Assembly: GCA_050251055.1 (NCBI GenBank)
Contig: JBFWNL010000014.1
Coordinates: 1 to 61,471 of the forward strand
Direction of reading: 5' to 3'
From: Bacteriovoracia bacterium
GTDB taxonomy: Bacteria; Bdellovibrionota; UBA1018; JBFWNL01
DNA length: 61,471 nt
Shown here: in pieces, positions 45,805 to 55,975 of the stretch
How positions within the stretch are numbered: the first letter of the stretch is position 1
How the letters are laid out: each line of letters starts with the position of its first letter
Notes under the pieces: generated by a model
The model's database searches: none
Told to the model about the DNA's origin: nothing
What the model saw: the letters and a program-made list of their open reading frames with translations, nothing else
Position numbers and translations under genes: made by a program

Positions 45805-47331
45805 TTATTTCCAGTTGAGACCCGGATACGCGGCGGGATTCACGGCCTTCGGACTCTCCACTTCGATCGAAGCGACCGGATACGTGCAGTACCGGGTCGA
45901 CGTGAGCGCGGTGGGGAAGTGGTTACCGCTTTTCTTCAAGCCGCCGAACGGAAGCCGCGACGAAGCGCCGACCGTCGACTTGTTCCAGTTCACCAAACCG
46001 AACTCGAGTCCATCCCAGGCACGCCGGTAAGTTTCCTTACTCTGGGTGAAGACGCTTGCGACCAAGCCGTACTGAGTGACGTTCGCCAGGTTCACCGCGT
46101 GATCGAGATCATCCACCTTGTAGATAGCGACGTTCGGCGCGAAAAGTTCCGTCTGTTGATAGACGCTCTTTTTCGCGGTTTCCACCGCCGTGTCCTTCAC
46201 CCAGCAGATGGATGGCGCCACATAGTTTCCGGGAACTTCCAGATCGAGCGTTTTACCGCGCATCACGACTTCGCAACCTTCTCGCGACGCGATGCCCAAA
46301 AACTTCATATAACGATCCATACTGTTTTGGTCAATTAGAGGGCCCATGAACGGGTTATCCAAAGGATGACCGATCGTGAACGCTTTCGCCTGCTGATGGA
46401 AGGTACTTAAGAACTGATCGAAGAGCTTGCCGTGCACGATAATCCGGCTCGTGCAGCTGCAACGCTGCCCCGTGGTGATGAACGATCCCACGAGCGACTC
46501 GAAGAGCGCGACCTGAAGATCCGCGTCTTCCCACACGATCGTGGTGTTCTTGCCGCCCATCTCGAGCGCGAGCAACTTCCAATGCTGCTGAAGCGTATCT
46601 TGCTTAATGCGCGTACCGACTTCGTAGGAGCCAGTGAAGAGAATGCCATCGACGCCTTCGTGCACGCAGAGGCGGCGGCCCACTTCCTTCTCACCCTGGA
46701 CGAGATTGAAAACGCCGGCGGGAAATCCCGCGGCCTGGATGCATTCCGCCATGATCTGCCCCACCATCGGAGTTTTTTCCGATGGCTTGAAGATCACGGT
46801 ATTACCCGTGAGCAGCGCCGGGACGATGTGCCCGTTCGGCAGGTGCGCGGGAAAGTTGAACGGTCCCACCACAACCATCACGCCGAGCGGACGGCTGCGG
46901 GAAGCGCCGAAGGTGTTATCCATGATGTTGGGGATCTCGAGATCGGCGATGAGCTTCATGCTGTCATCCAGCGTGACGTCCACCTTGTTGACCATGGTAT
47001 TTACTTCGGACTTCGACTCCCACAGCGGCTTGCCCATCTCGCGGGAAATGGCTTCCATGAGCTCCGCCTCGCGCGCTTTGATCGCGGCCTGGTATTTCTT
47101 CAGGTAAGCCGCGCGGTCGGCGACCGAGGTCGCACGCCAGGATTTGAACGCGCCGCGAGCGGCGGTTACCGCCCGATCGACGTCCTCGTAGGAATAAGGG
47201 AACTTACCGACGATATCCTTATGATTGGCGGGGCTCTTGAGCGCCCACTCCCCGTTCGGATCGGAGGGCAGCTTGAATTCGCCGCCGATGAAATTTCCTT
47301 TAACTTGAAACTGGAATTTAGGTGCGTTCAT
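45805..47331 (-). CDS. astD: aldehyde dehydrogenase, succinylglutamate-semialdehyde dehydrogenase type
   Basis: GPFNFPAHLPNGHIVPALLTGN, KPSEKTP, FTGS, LALEMGGKN, TTGQRCSC, GASSRLPFGG..SGNH; adjacent to astA. Confidence 0.85.
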   Translation of the reverse strand: MNAPKFQFQVKGNFIGGEFKLPSDPNGEWALKSPANHKDIVGKFPYSYEDVDRAVTAARGAFKSWRATSVADRAAYLKKYQAAIKAREAELMEAISREMGKPLWESKSEVNTMVNKVDVTLDDSMKLIADLEIPNIMDNTFGASRSRPLGVMVVVGPFNFPAHLPNGHIVPALLTGNTVIFKPSEKTPMVGQIMAECIQAAGFPAGVFNLVQGEKEVGRRLCVHEGVDGILFTGSYEVGTRIKQDTLQQHWKLLALEMGGKNTTIVWEDADLQVALFESLVGSFITTGQRCSCTSRIIVHGKLFDQFLSTFHQQAKAFTIGHPLDNPFMGPLIDQNSMDRYMKFLGIASREGCEVVMRGKTLDLEVPGNYVAPSICWVKDTAVETAKKSVYQQTELFAPNVAIYKVDDLDHAVNLANVTQYGLVASVFTQSKETYRRAWDGLEFGLVNWNKSTVGASSRLPFGGLKKSGNHFPTALTSTRYCTYPVASIEVESPKAVNPAAYPGLNWK

Positions 47332-47366
47332 GAGCGGCCTCCTGGGGGTTCATTCCCCGTAGCAGA

Positions 47367-48413
47367 TCAATAATACGGCATGAAAACGAGCGGGTCTTTA
47401 TCTTTTAACCCGAGCGCGGAGCACGCCAATTCGCCACGCGCGGCCTCGAAGAAATTCAACTGCTTATCTTTGATCACGACTTTCGCGGAGAGGGCGCGAA
47501 ACTGCCCCTTGGGCGCGTCCGCACGGGTGATCAACCCGGAAACCCACTCCGTCTTTTCCCCGGCCTGCATCGAGCGATCGAGTTTATAATTGGACATCTT
47601 CTTAATGGGGACAATTTCGTCTACGTTCGCCCACAGGTGCGGGCCACCGTCGAACGGATCGACCTGGTTTTTGTACTTGAAGCCGATCTTCGTGAGCATG
47701 TGGTAGACAGGCTCGGTCGCCTTCCCCACCTTGCCAATGGCGTTGCGCGCTTCGGCCGGAAAGAACGTGGTGTAAATCTTCCCCGTGGGAAAGAGCGAGA
47801 AAATGAATTCCTTGTTCTTTTGGCAAAGTTCGTCGGCTTCCCAGTAATCCATGTTGGTGAAACGACGACCGATCGCCTCCCAAAGCGGGGACAAGCCTTT
47901 TTTATTGAGCGGAGGCAAAAGCTCCGCGATCACCCGGCGCTTGAATTTGGGTTTGTTCATTCCCAGGTATAAAAAGCGCACGAACGAGATCTGCCGGCCC
48001 AGGCGCTCATCCGAGTTACGGTAGTCGGGATCCACCACGAGCCCCCCGATTTCGGAAGGGCCGTTGGTGTCGTACTTCAAATGCAACGTTCCATGAATGA
48101 AGCCCGTGTTGATCGTGTCGGCGAATTTCTTTTCGTTGCCCACCTCGAAATAAAAATGGGGACTTTCGGCCGTCCCGTGCTGGGCCGCGATCATGGAAGT
48201 ACCGAGCACCTTTTTGGTTTCCAAATCTTCGGCGACAAAGATGAACTTGGCTTCCATCTTATTGGCTAGCGAATCGGAAAAGGACGCGGCCGAGTGGCGA
48301 ATACGGTACTTGAGCACGTCGGTATCGGCCACGAGGTTGATAAACCCCGGGATCTGGGCCAAGGCCTCGAGCGCCGAAAGATCCGCGTCCTGGATTTCCC
48401 TAAGCAGGATCAT
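47367..48413 (-). CDS. astA: arginine N-succinyltransferase
   Basis: FVAED, SEIGGLVVDPDYR, RRVIAEL, SPLWEAIGRRFTNMDY.EAD, VDPFDGGPHL. Confidence 0.88.
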   Translation of the reverse strand: MILLREIQDADLSALEALAQIPGFINLVADTDVLKYRIRHSAASFSDSLANKMEAKFIFVAEDLETKKVLGTSMIAAQHGTAESPHFYFEVGNEKKFADTINTGFIHGTLHLKYDTNGPSEIGGLVVDPDYRNSDERLGRQISFVRFLYLGMNKPKFKRRVIAELLPPLNKKGLSPLWEAIGRRFTNMDYWEADELCQKNKEFIFSLFPTGKIYTTFFPAEARNAIGKVGKATEPVYHMLTKIGFKYKNQVDPFDGGPHLWANVDEIVPIKKMSNYKLDRSMQAGEKTEWVSGLITRADAPKGQFRALSAKVVIKDKQLNFFEAARGELACSALGLKDKDPLVFMPYY

Positions 48414-49909
48414 AAGCAGACCTTCTCGATCATCTTCTCGTAAAAGAGCACGGCCTTCTGCAGCTCGGAGATCGAATTAAACTCGTTGGGTCCGTGGATC
48501 TCCATGGGCGACCCGGGGCCGAAGACGAGTGTCGGATAATCCTTGGCCGTGAAATGCCCCGCTTCGGAGGACATCGAAACCCGATCGAGGTTCGGCATGA
48601 TGTCGGCCGCCTCCATCACCTCGCCGCACAGGGCGACGAACTCACTATCGTCGGCTACCTTCAGGGCGGGATTGCTGCGTTCGTGTTGCACGCGGATATT
48701 CAGCGCCGGGTACTTCGTCGCCACCTGCTGCGTGAACTTCTTCACCTGCTCCTTCAGATCCGTCTGCACCACGCCCGGCAGACAGCGCGTTTCGAGCATG
48801 AGCCAGGTTTCGCCCATGCCTTGGCGCATCTGGTTCATCGAGACGGTCGCGGTCGGGACATCGAAGGTGTCGTCCTGCTGAATGGTGAGGGAGCGTTGTA
48901 ACTCGCGGTAGGCTTCGAAGAGGTCCTGCAGCGCCGGGAATAGGTTTTCGGTATGAAACCGGATTCCCACATCGCCGAGGCCACCCAGCGTGATCTTGAA
49001 GGTAACGCCGCCGAACTCGCCCCGCTCGGGCGCGGCCGCCTCGCGGAAAAATCGCTTGAAGTCCTCGAGCTGATGCGAAGTCAGATAGAATTCCGCCTGC
49101 GCCCAATCCGGGGTCTGGTTGACCGCGTCTCCGCCTTCGAGGCGCGTAAACTTGATATCAAATCCGTTATCGATGGCCTTCTGAACGAACTTCATGAGGC
49201 CGTCGATGGAATGAATGCCCTTGCCGCCCCGTTCGGTGGGATAACCGCTATGCGATGCCCGACCCGTGGCAAACAAGGTCACCCGGCGATTGAAGCCCCG
49301 CGCTCCGCGTTCAATGATCTGGTAGCCGATGGACACCTTGAAAAGATCCATCGACTTGTGCTTATGCACGATCTTCAGCCCCGTCGGTTTACCGACCAGC
49401 ACGTACTGCGGGTTGAGCGCGAGGGATTGCAGCAGATAACGCGCTCCGAACATTCCGATCTCCTCGCCACAGGTCCCGGCTAGGTAGATCGGTTGACGAA
49501 GTTTCTTCTCGCGGAACTTCTGGATCGCCGAAAGCTTGCACAGAAAGTCGAGCTTCGCGTCGGCCGATCCCAATCCATAAATCCGGTCGTCCTTTACCAT
49601 GGCTTGGATGGGGTTCCCCCCGGTCTCGGTCCACTGCTCCAGGATCCCCGGTCCCAACGTATCGAGGTGGGTGGTCAGCAACAGGCCCTTTCGGGTCTTC
49701 ACGTCCACCAAGGTATCGCCCAAAATCCCCAGCACGTTGTACTGACGCTTGGAGATGTCCCCCAGCGAGTGCATCACCTGCTGGACGCTGACCTTCATCC
49801 CGGTGTTCTTCATCAAGACCGAGACGTAGTTGGACAGCTCCTCGTTGCCATCCGCCGAAACGGACTTAATGGCGATCATTCTGTGCGCGCGCTCGAGCAG
49901 ACGTTTCAT
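48410..49909 (-). CDS. M20 family amidohydrolase (ArgE/DapE-like), elongated
   Basis: THLDT, YGLGSADAK, GEEIGMFGA, FGPG..IHGPNE; ATGA overlap with astA. Confidence 0.85.
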   Translation of the reverse strand: MKRLLERAHRMIAIKSVSADGNEELSNYVSVLMKNTGMKVSVQQVMHSLGDISKRQYNVLGILGDTLVDVKTRKGLLLTTHLDTLGPGILEQWTETGGNPIQAMVKDDRIYGLGSADAKLDFLCKLSAIQKFREKKLRQPIYLAGTCGEEIGMFGARYLLQSLALNPQYVLVGKPTGLKIVHKHKSMDLFKVSIGYQIIERGARGFNRRVTLFATGRASHSGYPTERGGKGIHSIDGLMKFVQKAIDNGFDIKFTRLEGGDAVNQTPDWAQAEFYLTSHQLEDFKRFFREAAAPERGEFGGVTFKITLGGLGDVGIRFHTENLFPALQDLFEAYRELQRSLTIQQDDTFDVPTATVSMNQMRQGMGETWLMLETRCLPGVVQTDLKEQVKKFTQQVATKYPALNIRVQHERSNPALKVADDSEFVALCGEVMEAADIMPNLDRVSMSSEAGHFTAKDYPTLVFGPGSPMEIHGPNEFNSISELQKAVLFYEKMIEKVCL

Positions 49910-49981
49910 AAGGAATTCTCGAGGAATATCAGAAGCTTATTTTTCTTGCAAGGAGCCTTGCGCCACGGCTAAGTTAAATTC

Positions 49982-50773
49982 ATGGCGCGTTACTGGGTGG
50001 GATTATTCGCTTTATTGGTACTAGTCCAAAATAGTCAAGCAGATGAGGGTGCCTCCGTCGCAAAAGTTGCCGGGCAAAACTGGGGTGCCTGGGAAAACGC
50101 TCGCGCCTCCTACGACGCGGGTAAGTACGAAGACGCGCTGCAGGAACTACGAGCGCACCCCGCGCCCGAAGCCGGCTACTATTTCAACGTAGGCAACGTC
50201 CTTTTCCGCCTGGGAAGATTTGGCGAAGCGCTCGCCTATTTCGAAAAAGCGGACTTCGTGAAACCACATGACGCCGACATCAGTCACAATTTAAGCTCGG
50301 CCCGCTCCGCCGTTTCCCAGGTCCTGGGAAAATCCCAGCTCGATCCCGCTTCAAGCTGGCTCGAACGCACGGCCGACAAAATTCCGCTCGACGAAGTCCG
50401 GGGTATTCTCGGCATTATGGGTTTTGTCGTGATTTTGCTTTGGCTACGGCCGTATCTGCGAACACGCGATATTCGGAAAACGATCCTGCACCCTGCCGGC
50501 CTACTAGGATGCTTCGCCTTCATCCTCACGCTCAGTCTCTACACCGCGCAGCGCTACGCCTCCAGTCAGCCACCAGCGTTTTGCGTGGAGCGCCAGCAGG
50601 TCCGCAGCGGGCCGGGCAAAAACTACGCGGATTTGGCGACGGTTGAAGCAGGCACCAAACTGCGCATCACCGGGGCTACGGCGGTGGACGCAAGCCAGGC
50701 CACCTGGCAGCAAGTCCGGCATGCTCCGGATGCCATCGGTTGGATTCCCGCTTCGAGTTTGTTGCTCTTATAG
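49982..50773 (+). CDS. BatE-like TPR + TM + SH3 domain protein
   Basis: YFNVGNVLFRLG..KPHDADISHNL; two TM helices; VRSGPG..GWIPASSL. Confidence 0.8.
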   Translation: MARYWVGLFALLVLVQNSQADEGASVAKVAGQNWGAWENARASYDAGKYEDALQELRAHPAPEAGYYFNVGNVLFRLGRFGEALAYFEKADFVKPHDADISHNLSSARSAVSQVLGKSQLDPASSWLERTADKIPLDEVRGILGIMGFVVILLWLRPYLRTRDIRKTILHPAGLLGCFAFILTLSLYTAQRYASSQPPAFCVERQQVRSGPGKNYADLATVEAGTKLRITGATAVDASQATWQQVRHAPDAIGWIPASSLLLL

Positions 50774-50798
50774 GATTCTTGGACTAAACCTGATCTAG

Positions 50799-51467
50799 AT
50801 GCTGAAGAATAAACGCAACCTCCTGATCCTGCTGGGCGTCCTCCTCGCGGCCTTCGCGCATGGGTGCTCCGGCAAAGAGGTCAAGGAAGACGATCCGAAC
50901 GCGCTGTATACCGCGGCCGAAGAAGACATCGAGGATAGCCGCTACGAGCTCGCGCTCGAAAAACTGCGCATGGTGAAGAACCGCTTCCCTTACTCCAACT
51001 TGTCGCAAAAGGCGCAGCTGCGTATTGCCGACGTTTACTTCCTGCAGGAAAATTTCGTGGAAGCCGCGAGCTCCTACGATCTATTCAAAGATCTGCACCC
51101 AAAGCATGCTTCGGTCCCGTACGCGATGTACCGCGCGGGCGAGGCTTACTACCAGGATATCCCGGGCAACATTGCGCGTGATCTGGGATCGGCCCAAAAG
51201 TCGCTCGACTCGTTCAGCGCCTTCCTGCGTCGGTTTCCGGCCGACGCCAAGGCCCCGGACGCGCAGGGCCGCGCGAACGAAGTTCGGCGCATCCTTGCCA
51301 GCAAGGAAGAATACATCGGTAATTTCTATTACCGGAACGACAACTGGCTTTCCGCGCAGAAGCGCTACCGGAAGCTAATCGAGCTCTATCCCGAAACCGA
51401 GTCCGCCAAGAACGTGCAGGAAAAATTGAAGAAGGCGGAAGAAATGGCGAAAAAAGAGAGTGGGTAA
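50799..51467 (+). CDS. bamD: outer membrane protein assembly factor BamD
   Basis: Lipobox Cys; RFPYS..AQLRIAD; F..LHP.H..VPYAMY; RD; E.YIGNFYY. Confidence 0.9.
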   Translation: MLKNKRNLLILLGVLLAAFAHGCSGKEVKEDDPNALYTAAEEDIEDSRYELALEKLRMVKNRFPYSNLSQKAQLRIADVYFLQENFVEAASSYDLFKDLHPKHASVPYAMYRAGEAYYQDIPGNIARDLGSAQKSLDSFSAFLRRFPADAKAPDAQGRANEVRRILASKEEYIGNFYYRNDNWLSAQKRYRKLIELYPETESAKNVQEKLKKAEEMAKKESG

Positions 51468-52182
51468 GCTACGCGCCGGTTTCGAGCAAATCGAAAAGAG
51501 CCTAGCCACCCGCGATTTCCAGACCGCCGACCAGCTCATTCGCGAGCAGCATCGCCGGGAACCCGATAGCGCCGACTCACACTATTTCCTCGGGGTTTTG
51601 GCTTACCATCGCGGCGATCTCGGCAAGACCATCGAACATTTAAGGCAGGCGCTCCACCTCGACCCCAAACATACCGACGCCGCTATCTGCTTATCCGTTC
51701 TTTACAACGACATCGCCAAATACGACGACGCGAAAAAAGCCTTCAAAATGGCGAACCAGTCGGTCGCCCATACGCGTACGGGTGACGATCCCGGCATCGA
51801 TCGCCAGTTCGCGGTGAAACACCTGGAGATCGCCGATCTTTACTTCCGTTATCGCCGTTACGACGAAGCCGTCGAGGAGTACAACAAGGCGGCCCTGCTG
51901 GATCCCGTCGACCTCGAAATTCAGATTCGCCGCGCGAAGGCTTACGCAAAAAAAGGCTACATCACCCGGGCGATCCAAGACTTGCAAACCCTGCGCGACA
52001 CCCACCCCCGGGCTTTGCCGATTCGCATCCAACTGGGGCTGCTTCATTATAGCCAGGGTAACGTGCTGGACGCCGAGCTGGAGTGGGAAGCCGCACGCGA
52101 CATCGAGCCCAATAACTCCGAGGTCTACAGCTATCTCGAAATGGCGAAAACCGCGCGTATCGGTGGCGGCAATCCCGCCTGA
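51460..52182 (+). CDS. tetratricopeptide repeat protein
   Basis: Repeated TPR units (HYFLGVLAY, ALHLDP, LGLLHYSQG). Confidence 0.88.
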   Translation: MGKLRAGFEQIEKSLATRDFQTADQLIREQHRREPDSADSHYFLGVLAYHRGDLGKTIEHLRQALHLDPKHTDAAICLSVLYNDIAKYDDAKKAFKMANQSVAHTRTGDDPGIDRQFAVKHLEIADLYFRYRRYDEAVEEYNKAALLDPVDLEIQIRRAKAYAKKGYITRAIQDLQTLRDTHPRALPIRIQLGLLHYSQGNVLDAELEWEAARDIEPNNSEVYSYLEMAKTARIGGGNPA

Positions 52183-52305
52183 ATTCACGCCCTTGTCCCG
52201 CGTTTACCTAGGTCTTAACGGACACTTCTCCCTAGGTTAATAAATCTGATAAAATAGAAATAGTAGTAGCAACGTTTGTAGTACGTTTGTGGAAGGAGTT
52301 GCATC

Positions 52306-54120
52306 ATGAACACGAAGAGGGCCCGCACGGCCCTTATCCTCATCAGCCTCGCGACCAGCGGTTGTTTGCAGGCGACCTTGGTGAACCCCTTAGGGCCTGC
52401 GATTACCTATTCCACCCCGGTGGCGACCTACGTGAACGGCCAAGCCATCATACAAAACACCCCGACCTACGCTGGCGGCGCGATTTCTTCGTTCACGATT
52501 TCACCCACTTTACCGAATGGACTCAGCTTCAACACGACCACCGGTATCATCTCCGGCACGCCCGCCCAAGATACCGAAGCCACCGAATACCGAGTGCTGG
52601 GCCTCGGCGCCACGGCTACTTACTCCGGAACCGTTAGCATCCAAGTGAATCCCGCCGCGCCCACCGCGTTGACCTTGTCGGCGGACGACGTTTTCTTCCC
52701 GAAAGATTCCGCGATCACGCCGATCACGCCTACGGCGACCGGCACCGTTACCAGTTATTCCGTCAGTCCCGCGCTCCCGACCGGGTTATCTATTGATCCC
52801 ACTACCGGAGTAATCTCGGGGACCTCTACCCAACACCAAGTTCGTTGGTACGACTACACGGTAACCGCCAGCAACGTTACGGGTAGCGTAAGCGCCGCAT
52901 TGCGGCTCAGGACCGCAAAAACCTACGTCGTCGACGCGACGTCAGACGCCACCGACGCCTCCCCCGGCGACGGCACGTGTGCCACCGCGGGCGCGGTCTG
53001 TACCTTGCGCGCGGCGGTGGCGGAGATCGTAGGCGCCGGAGGTGGGAACGTGGTGGCCTACATACCCGCGAACAAGACGATTAGTCTCGGTTCCACGATC
53101 AGCATCACGGCCGCCGTCGACATCGTGGGCGGCAGCCAAACGACTTCGATTGTCGACGCTACGGGCGTGGCGGCCTTTAACCATAACCACGGGGATGAGT
53201 TTAATTTTTCAAATTTTACCATCCGCAACGCGACCGTGGCCGGGCACGGTGGGGCGGCCCTCTATACCGAAACTTTTGGCACTAACGTTAACCTCGACCG
53301 CATGACGTTCAAGTCGAACTCGGTCACCGGGGGAAGCGGCGGCGGCGCGGTGGCGCCCAAGTTTTCGGCTGACTACGTCGTTCGTAAGTGCGTTTTTGAC
53401 TCGAATACCACCTCCAGTGCACATGGAGCAGGAATCGCCACCAACTACTCAGTCAGTTCCACGTTTTTGATAACCGACAGCTATTTCTACAACAACCGCT
53501 CCCTTACCGGCGGGTATCTCGGCGGAGCCATCGGCGCCTTCTCTAACAGCACCCTCACAGTAGAACGCACGCTTTTTAAGGACAATACGACCAGCGGAAA
53601 TGGGGGAGCGATCAGCGCTAGCGGTACCACCGTCATTAAGAACAGTACCTTCAGTGGGAACACTGCGAACGTGCACGGCGGCGCCATCTCAGGCGGCGCG
53701 CTTACGCTCATTAATAACACCTTTGTGAATAACAGTGCCGCCGGCGGAGGCATCGGCAACGGCGGCGCCATCTATACTTCTGCGGCGACACTAAAAAACA
53801 ACATCCTCTACGGAAACATCGGCAGCATCGGAGCGGATAACTGCGAGGTCACCACCCTTACTTCCCAAGGCGGCAATATCTCGGGTACGACGCTCGCGGA
53901 TTGTAATCTAAACTCAACCGATGACTTAGTGAGCACGAATCCGCTGCTGGGCGCACTCCAGGACAACGGTGGTCTTACCCATACCTTCGCGCCGGCGGGC
54001 GGATCGCCCGCCATTGGGCGCGGGGTCTTGAGTGGTTGCCCGTCGACAGACCAACGTGGCGAACCACGACCCGGCAGCAACGGCACGTGCGATAGTGGCG
54101 CGTACCAAACTCAAAATTAA
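52306..54120 (+). CDS. surface lipoprotein: two putative Ig domains, CSLREA-like motif, beta-helix and choice-of-anchor-Q-like C-terminus
   Basis: TSGC lipobox; LPNGLSFNTTTGIISGTP-type repeat twice; PGDGTC..CTLRAA; GGAI repeats; LGALQDNGG..SPAI..DQRG..CDSGAY. Confidence 0.85.
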   Translation: MNTKRARTALILISLATSGCLQATLVNPLGPAITYSTPVATYVNGQAIIQNTPTYAGGAISSFTISPTLPNGLSFNTTTGIISGTPAQDTEATEYRVLGLGATATYSGTVSIQVNPAAPTALTLSADDVFFPKDSAITPITPTATGTVTSYSVSPALPTGLSIDPTTGVISGTSTQHQVRWYDYTVTASNVTGSVSAALRLRTAKTYVVDATSDATDASPGDGTCATAGAVCTLRAAVAEIVGAGGGNVVAYIPANKTISLGSTISITAAVDIVGGSQTTSIVDATGVAAFNHNHGDEFNFSNFTIRNATVAGHGGAALYTETFGTNVNLDRMTFKSNSVTGGSGGGAVAPKFSADYVVRKCVFDSNTTSSAHGAGIATNYSVSSTFLITDSYFYNNRSLTGGYLGGAIGAFSNSTLTVERTLFKDNTTSGNGGAISASGTTVIKNSTFSGNTANVHGGAISGGALTLINNTFVNNSAAGGGIGNGGAIYTSAATLKNNILYGNIGSIGADNCEVTTLTSQGGNISGTTLADCNLNSTDDLVSTNPLLGALQDNGGLTHTFAPAGGSPAIGRGVLSGCPSTDQRGEPRPGSNGTCDSGAYQTQN

Positions 54121-55016
54121 CGTAAGCCCAGAAGTTCCCGCAATCGACCCTCGCCGGCGGCATCGAGTCGACCTTCGTTTGCTTTTAGCGTGGCTTCGAC
54201 ATCGAGATATTCGGCCGGAAACTTTCCGAAACGGTGTTCAAACGCCGCCTGAAGCAAGGTAAAAACGGGCGGATCTTGGGTGAGCGATGGGTGCACGTGC
54301 TTGAGATAGGAAGTAAATTCATCCAATCGACCTCCACGCGCTTGAATCGCTTGCATTCGTGAAATCATTCCCTCGTAATCCGCACGAGACAGGGTCGATT
54401 TACCCCCCGAGCTGACCAGCTTGACGAGATAGTTGTAGTCGGGGATCCTCGCTCCTTGATCTGCGATCGACCAATCGTATCCCGCCGGCTGGACTTGAAA
54501 TCGGGGAACTTGGAAGACGACGACAAACTTCCGGGACACGTCTCCCGCCGAAGTGAAATTTTCGATATTTGCAGCCGACGCGAAAGTACCGTAGTCGACG
54601 CGATTCGCCACCCATCCGGTGTCCAAGATCACGCCTAGCTCGCGTTCGCTTAAGCCACGTCTCAACGAGACCACCGGCGCATGGACTTGCGCAAAGAACG
54701 CCTTGAGCGCGACTCGACCGTTTTCATTTGATGCTTGGGCAATCAGTCGAGCTTGCAGCGCGGCTGGATTGAAGGAAGCTCGGATCCACTCGTAAAGTTG
54801 AACGCGTGCGGTATAGCTGGCCTCCGCCGCCCGAGAGTCCAAATTGACTGCCACCACTCCTTCGTACCGAGAAAAGGCGATTTTATCCGCAAGCGTACGC
54901 AGGACTCCATCCTCTAACGCTTGATCCAAGCACGGTAAAAGACGAAGGGGGGTCGCGTCCGCAGGGGGAAGGAAAAACAATAAGCTGATTAGGAACACTA
55001 CGGAAGCAGATCGCAT
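54117..55016 (-). CDS. secreted hypothetical protein
   Basis: Signal peptide ending ADA; 299-aa ORF filling the gap; stop shares TTAA with the convergent gene. Confidence 0.65.
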   Translation of the reverse strand: MRSASVVFLISLLFFLPPADATPLRLLPCLDQALEDGVLRTLADKIAFSRYEGVVAVNLDSRAAEASYTARVQLYEWIRASFNPAALQARLIAQASNENGRVALKAFFAQVHAPVVSLRRGLSERELGVILDTGWVANRVDYGTFASAANIENFTSAGDVSRKFVVVFQVPRFQVQPAGYDWSIADQGARIPDYNYLVKLVSSGGKSTLSRADYEGMISRMQAIQARGGRLDEFTSYLKHVHPSLTQDPPVFTLLQAAFEHRFGKFPAEYLDVEATLKANEGRLDAAGEGRLRELLGLR

Positions 55017-55035
55017 CCGCTCGCAGTCCTGAGGA

Positions 55036-55596
55036 TTAGAGAAGTTCCAGGCTTTTTACGGTAGTCGACGCCGGTAGGCTACCGACCTGAACCGGCGCGA
55101 CTTTCGGCGCGCCCGCCTGCGCGGCGGCAGCGCCACGCTGATTGGCCTGAATCGTCATCAGGTGCGTGCGCAGCTCCTTGAACATCGGCTGCTTGAGCAC
55201 GTACTCGTTTTCCTGGAGCACGACCTGCTTGGCGATCTGATCGCGCAAGTTGATCACGAGCGGTGCCTTCAGGTTCGCGGTCATCTGCGAGATGTCGTTC
55301 GGAATCGTGAGGATGCTGAGCACAGCCGCTTCCTTCACGTCTTTTAAACGCAGCTCGCGTAGATCGGCGGAAGAAAGATTCACGGTGTAGCGTTGCGTGA
55401 AAACCTTGGGTTCCAAGACCGGGAAGGCGAGCTTCGGGTCCTGCAATGATTGCATCCAGAGGATGAGCGTCTCATCGCCTGGGTCGACTAAACAAAAATC
55501 CGTGTATTCTGGAAAACCGAGCACGCCGAACGGCAACTGAATGCGCTCCGTGCTTTCTATCGTGAGCCGTCCAAAACGTCCTGTTTCTATGATCAC
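55036..55596 (-). CDS. fliW: flagellar assembly factor FliW (CsrA antagonist)
   Basis: T.RFG, GVLGF, WMQS, MTANLKAPLVIN..AKQVVL; GGGAG RBS before GTG 55596. Confidence 0.95.
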   Translation of the reverse strand: MIIETGRFGRLTIESTERIQLPFGVLGFPEYTDFCLVDPGDETLILWMQSLQDPKLAFPVLEPKVFTQRYTVNLSSADLRELRLKDVKEAAVLSILTIPNDISQMTANLKAPLVINLRDQIAKQVVLQENEYVLKQPMFKELRTHLMTIQANQRGAAAAQAGAPKVAPVQVGSLPASTTVKSLELL

Positions 55597-55643
55597 GCTC
55601 AACTCCCTAACCCCAATCACACCCCCCGATGTAGGAAAGCAGA

Positions 55644-55868
55644 TTAGTTCTTCAAAATCTTCGTCATCTGACTGAGCTCCGCCGGGGCTTTTACGGCTTC
55701 CTTATTCTGCTCCTGAATAGCCGTATACACTTCCTCGCGGTGAATCTTAGTCTCTTTAGGTGCTTGGATGCCTAACCGAACTTGTTTGCCTTTGATCTGC
55801 ACCACCACAATCTTGATATGATCGTCGATTGCGATGCTTTCACCCAGCTTCCGGGTTAATACTAACAT
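55644..55868 (-). CDS. csrA: carbon storage regulator CsrA
   Basis: MLVLTRKLGESIAI..VRLGIQAPK..IHREEVY. Confidence 0.97.
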   Translation of the reverse strand: MLVLTRKLGESIAIDDHIKIVVVQIKGKQVRLGIQAPKETKIHREEVYTAIQEQNKEAVKAPAELSQMTKILKN

Positions 55869-55975
55869 AGAATCTCCATCTCCACCTAACGACGCGTAGT
55901 CCTTTACCGAGACCCTTCAATAATATAACGCGATGCTACTGGCAACCTTTTCTCCCCCATTATAATGAGGGCCTA

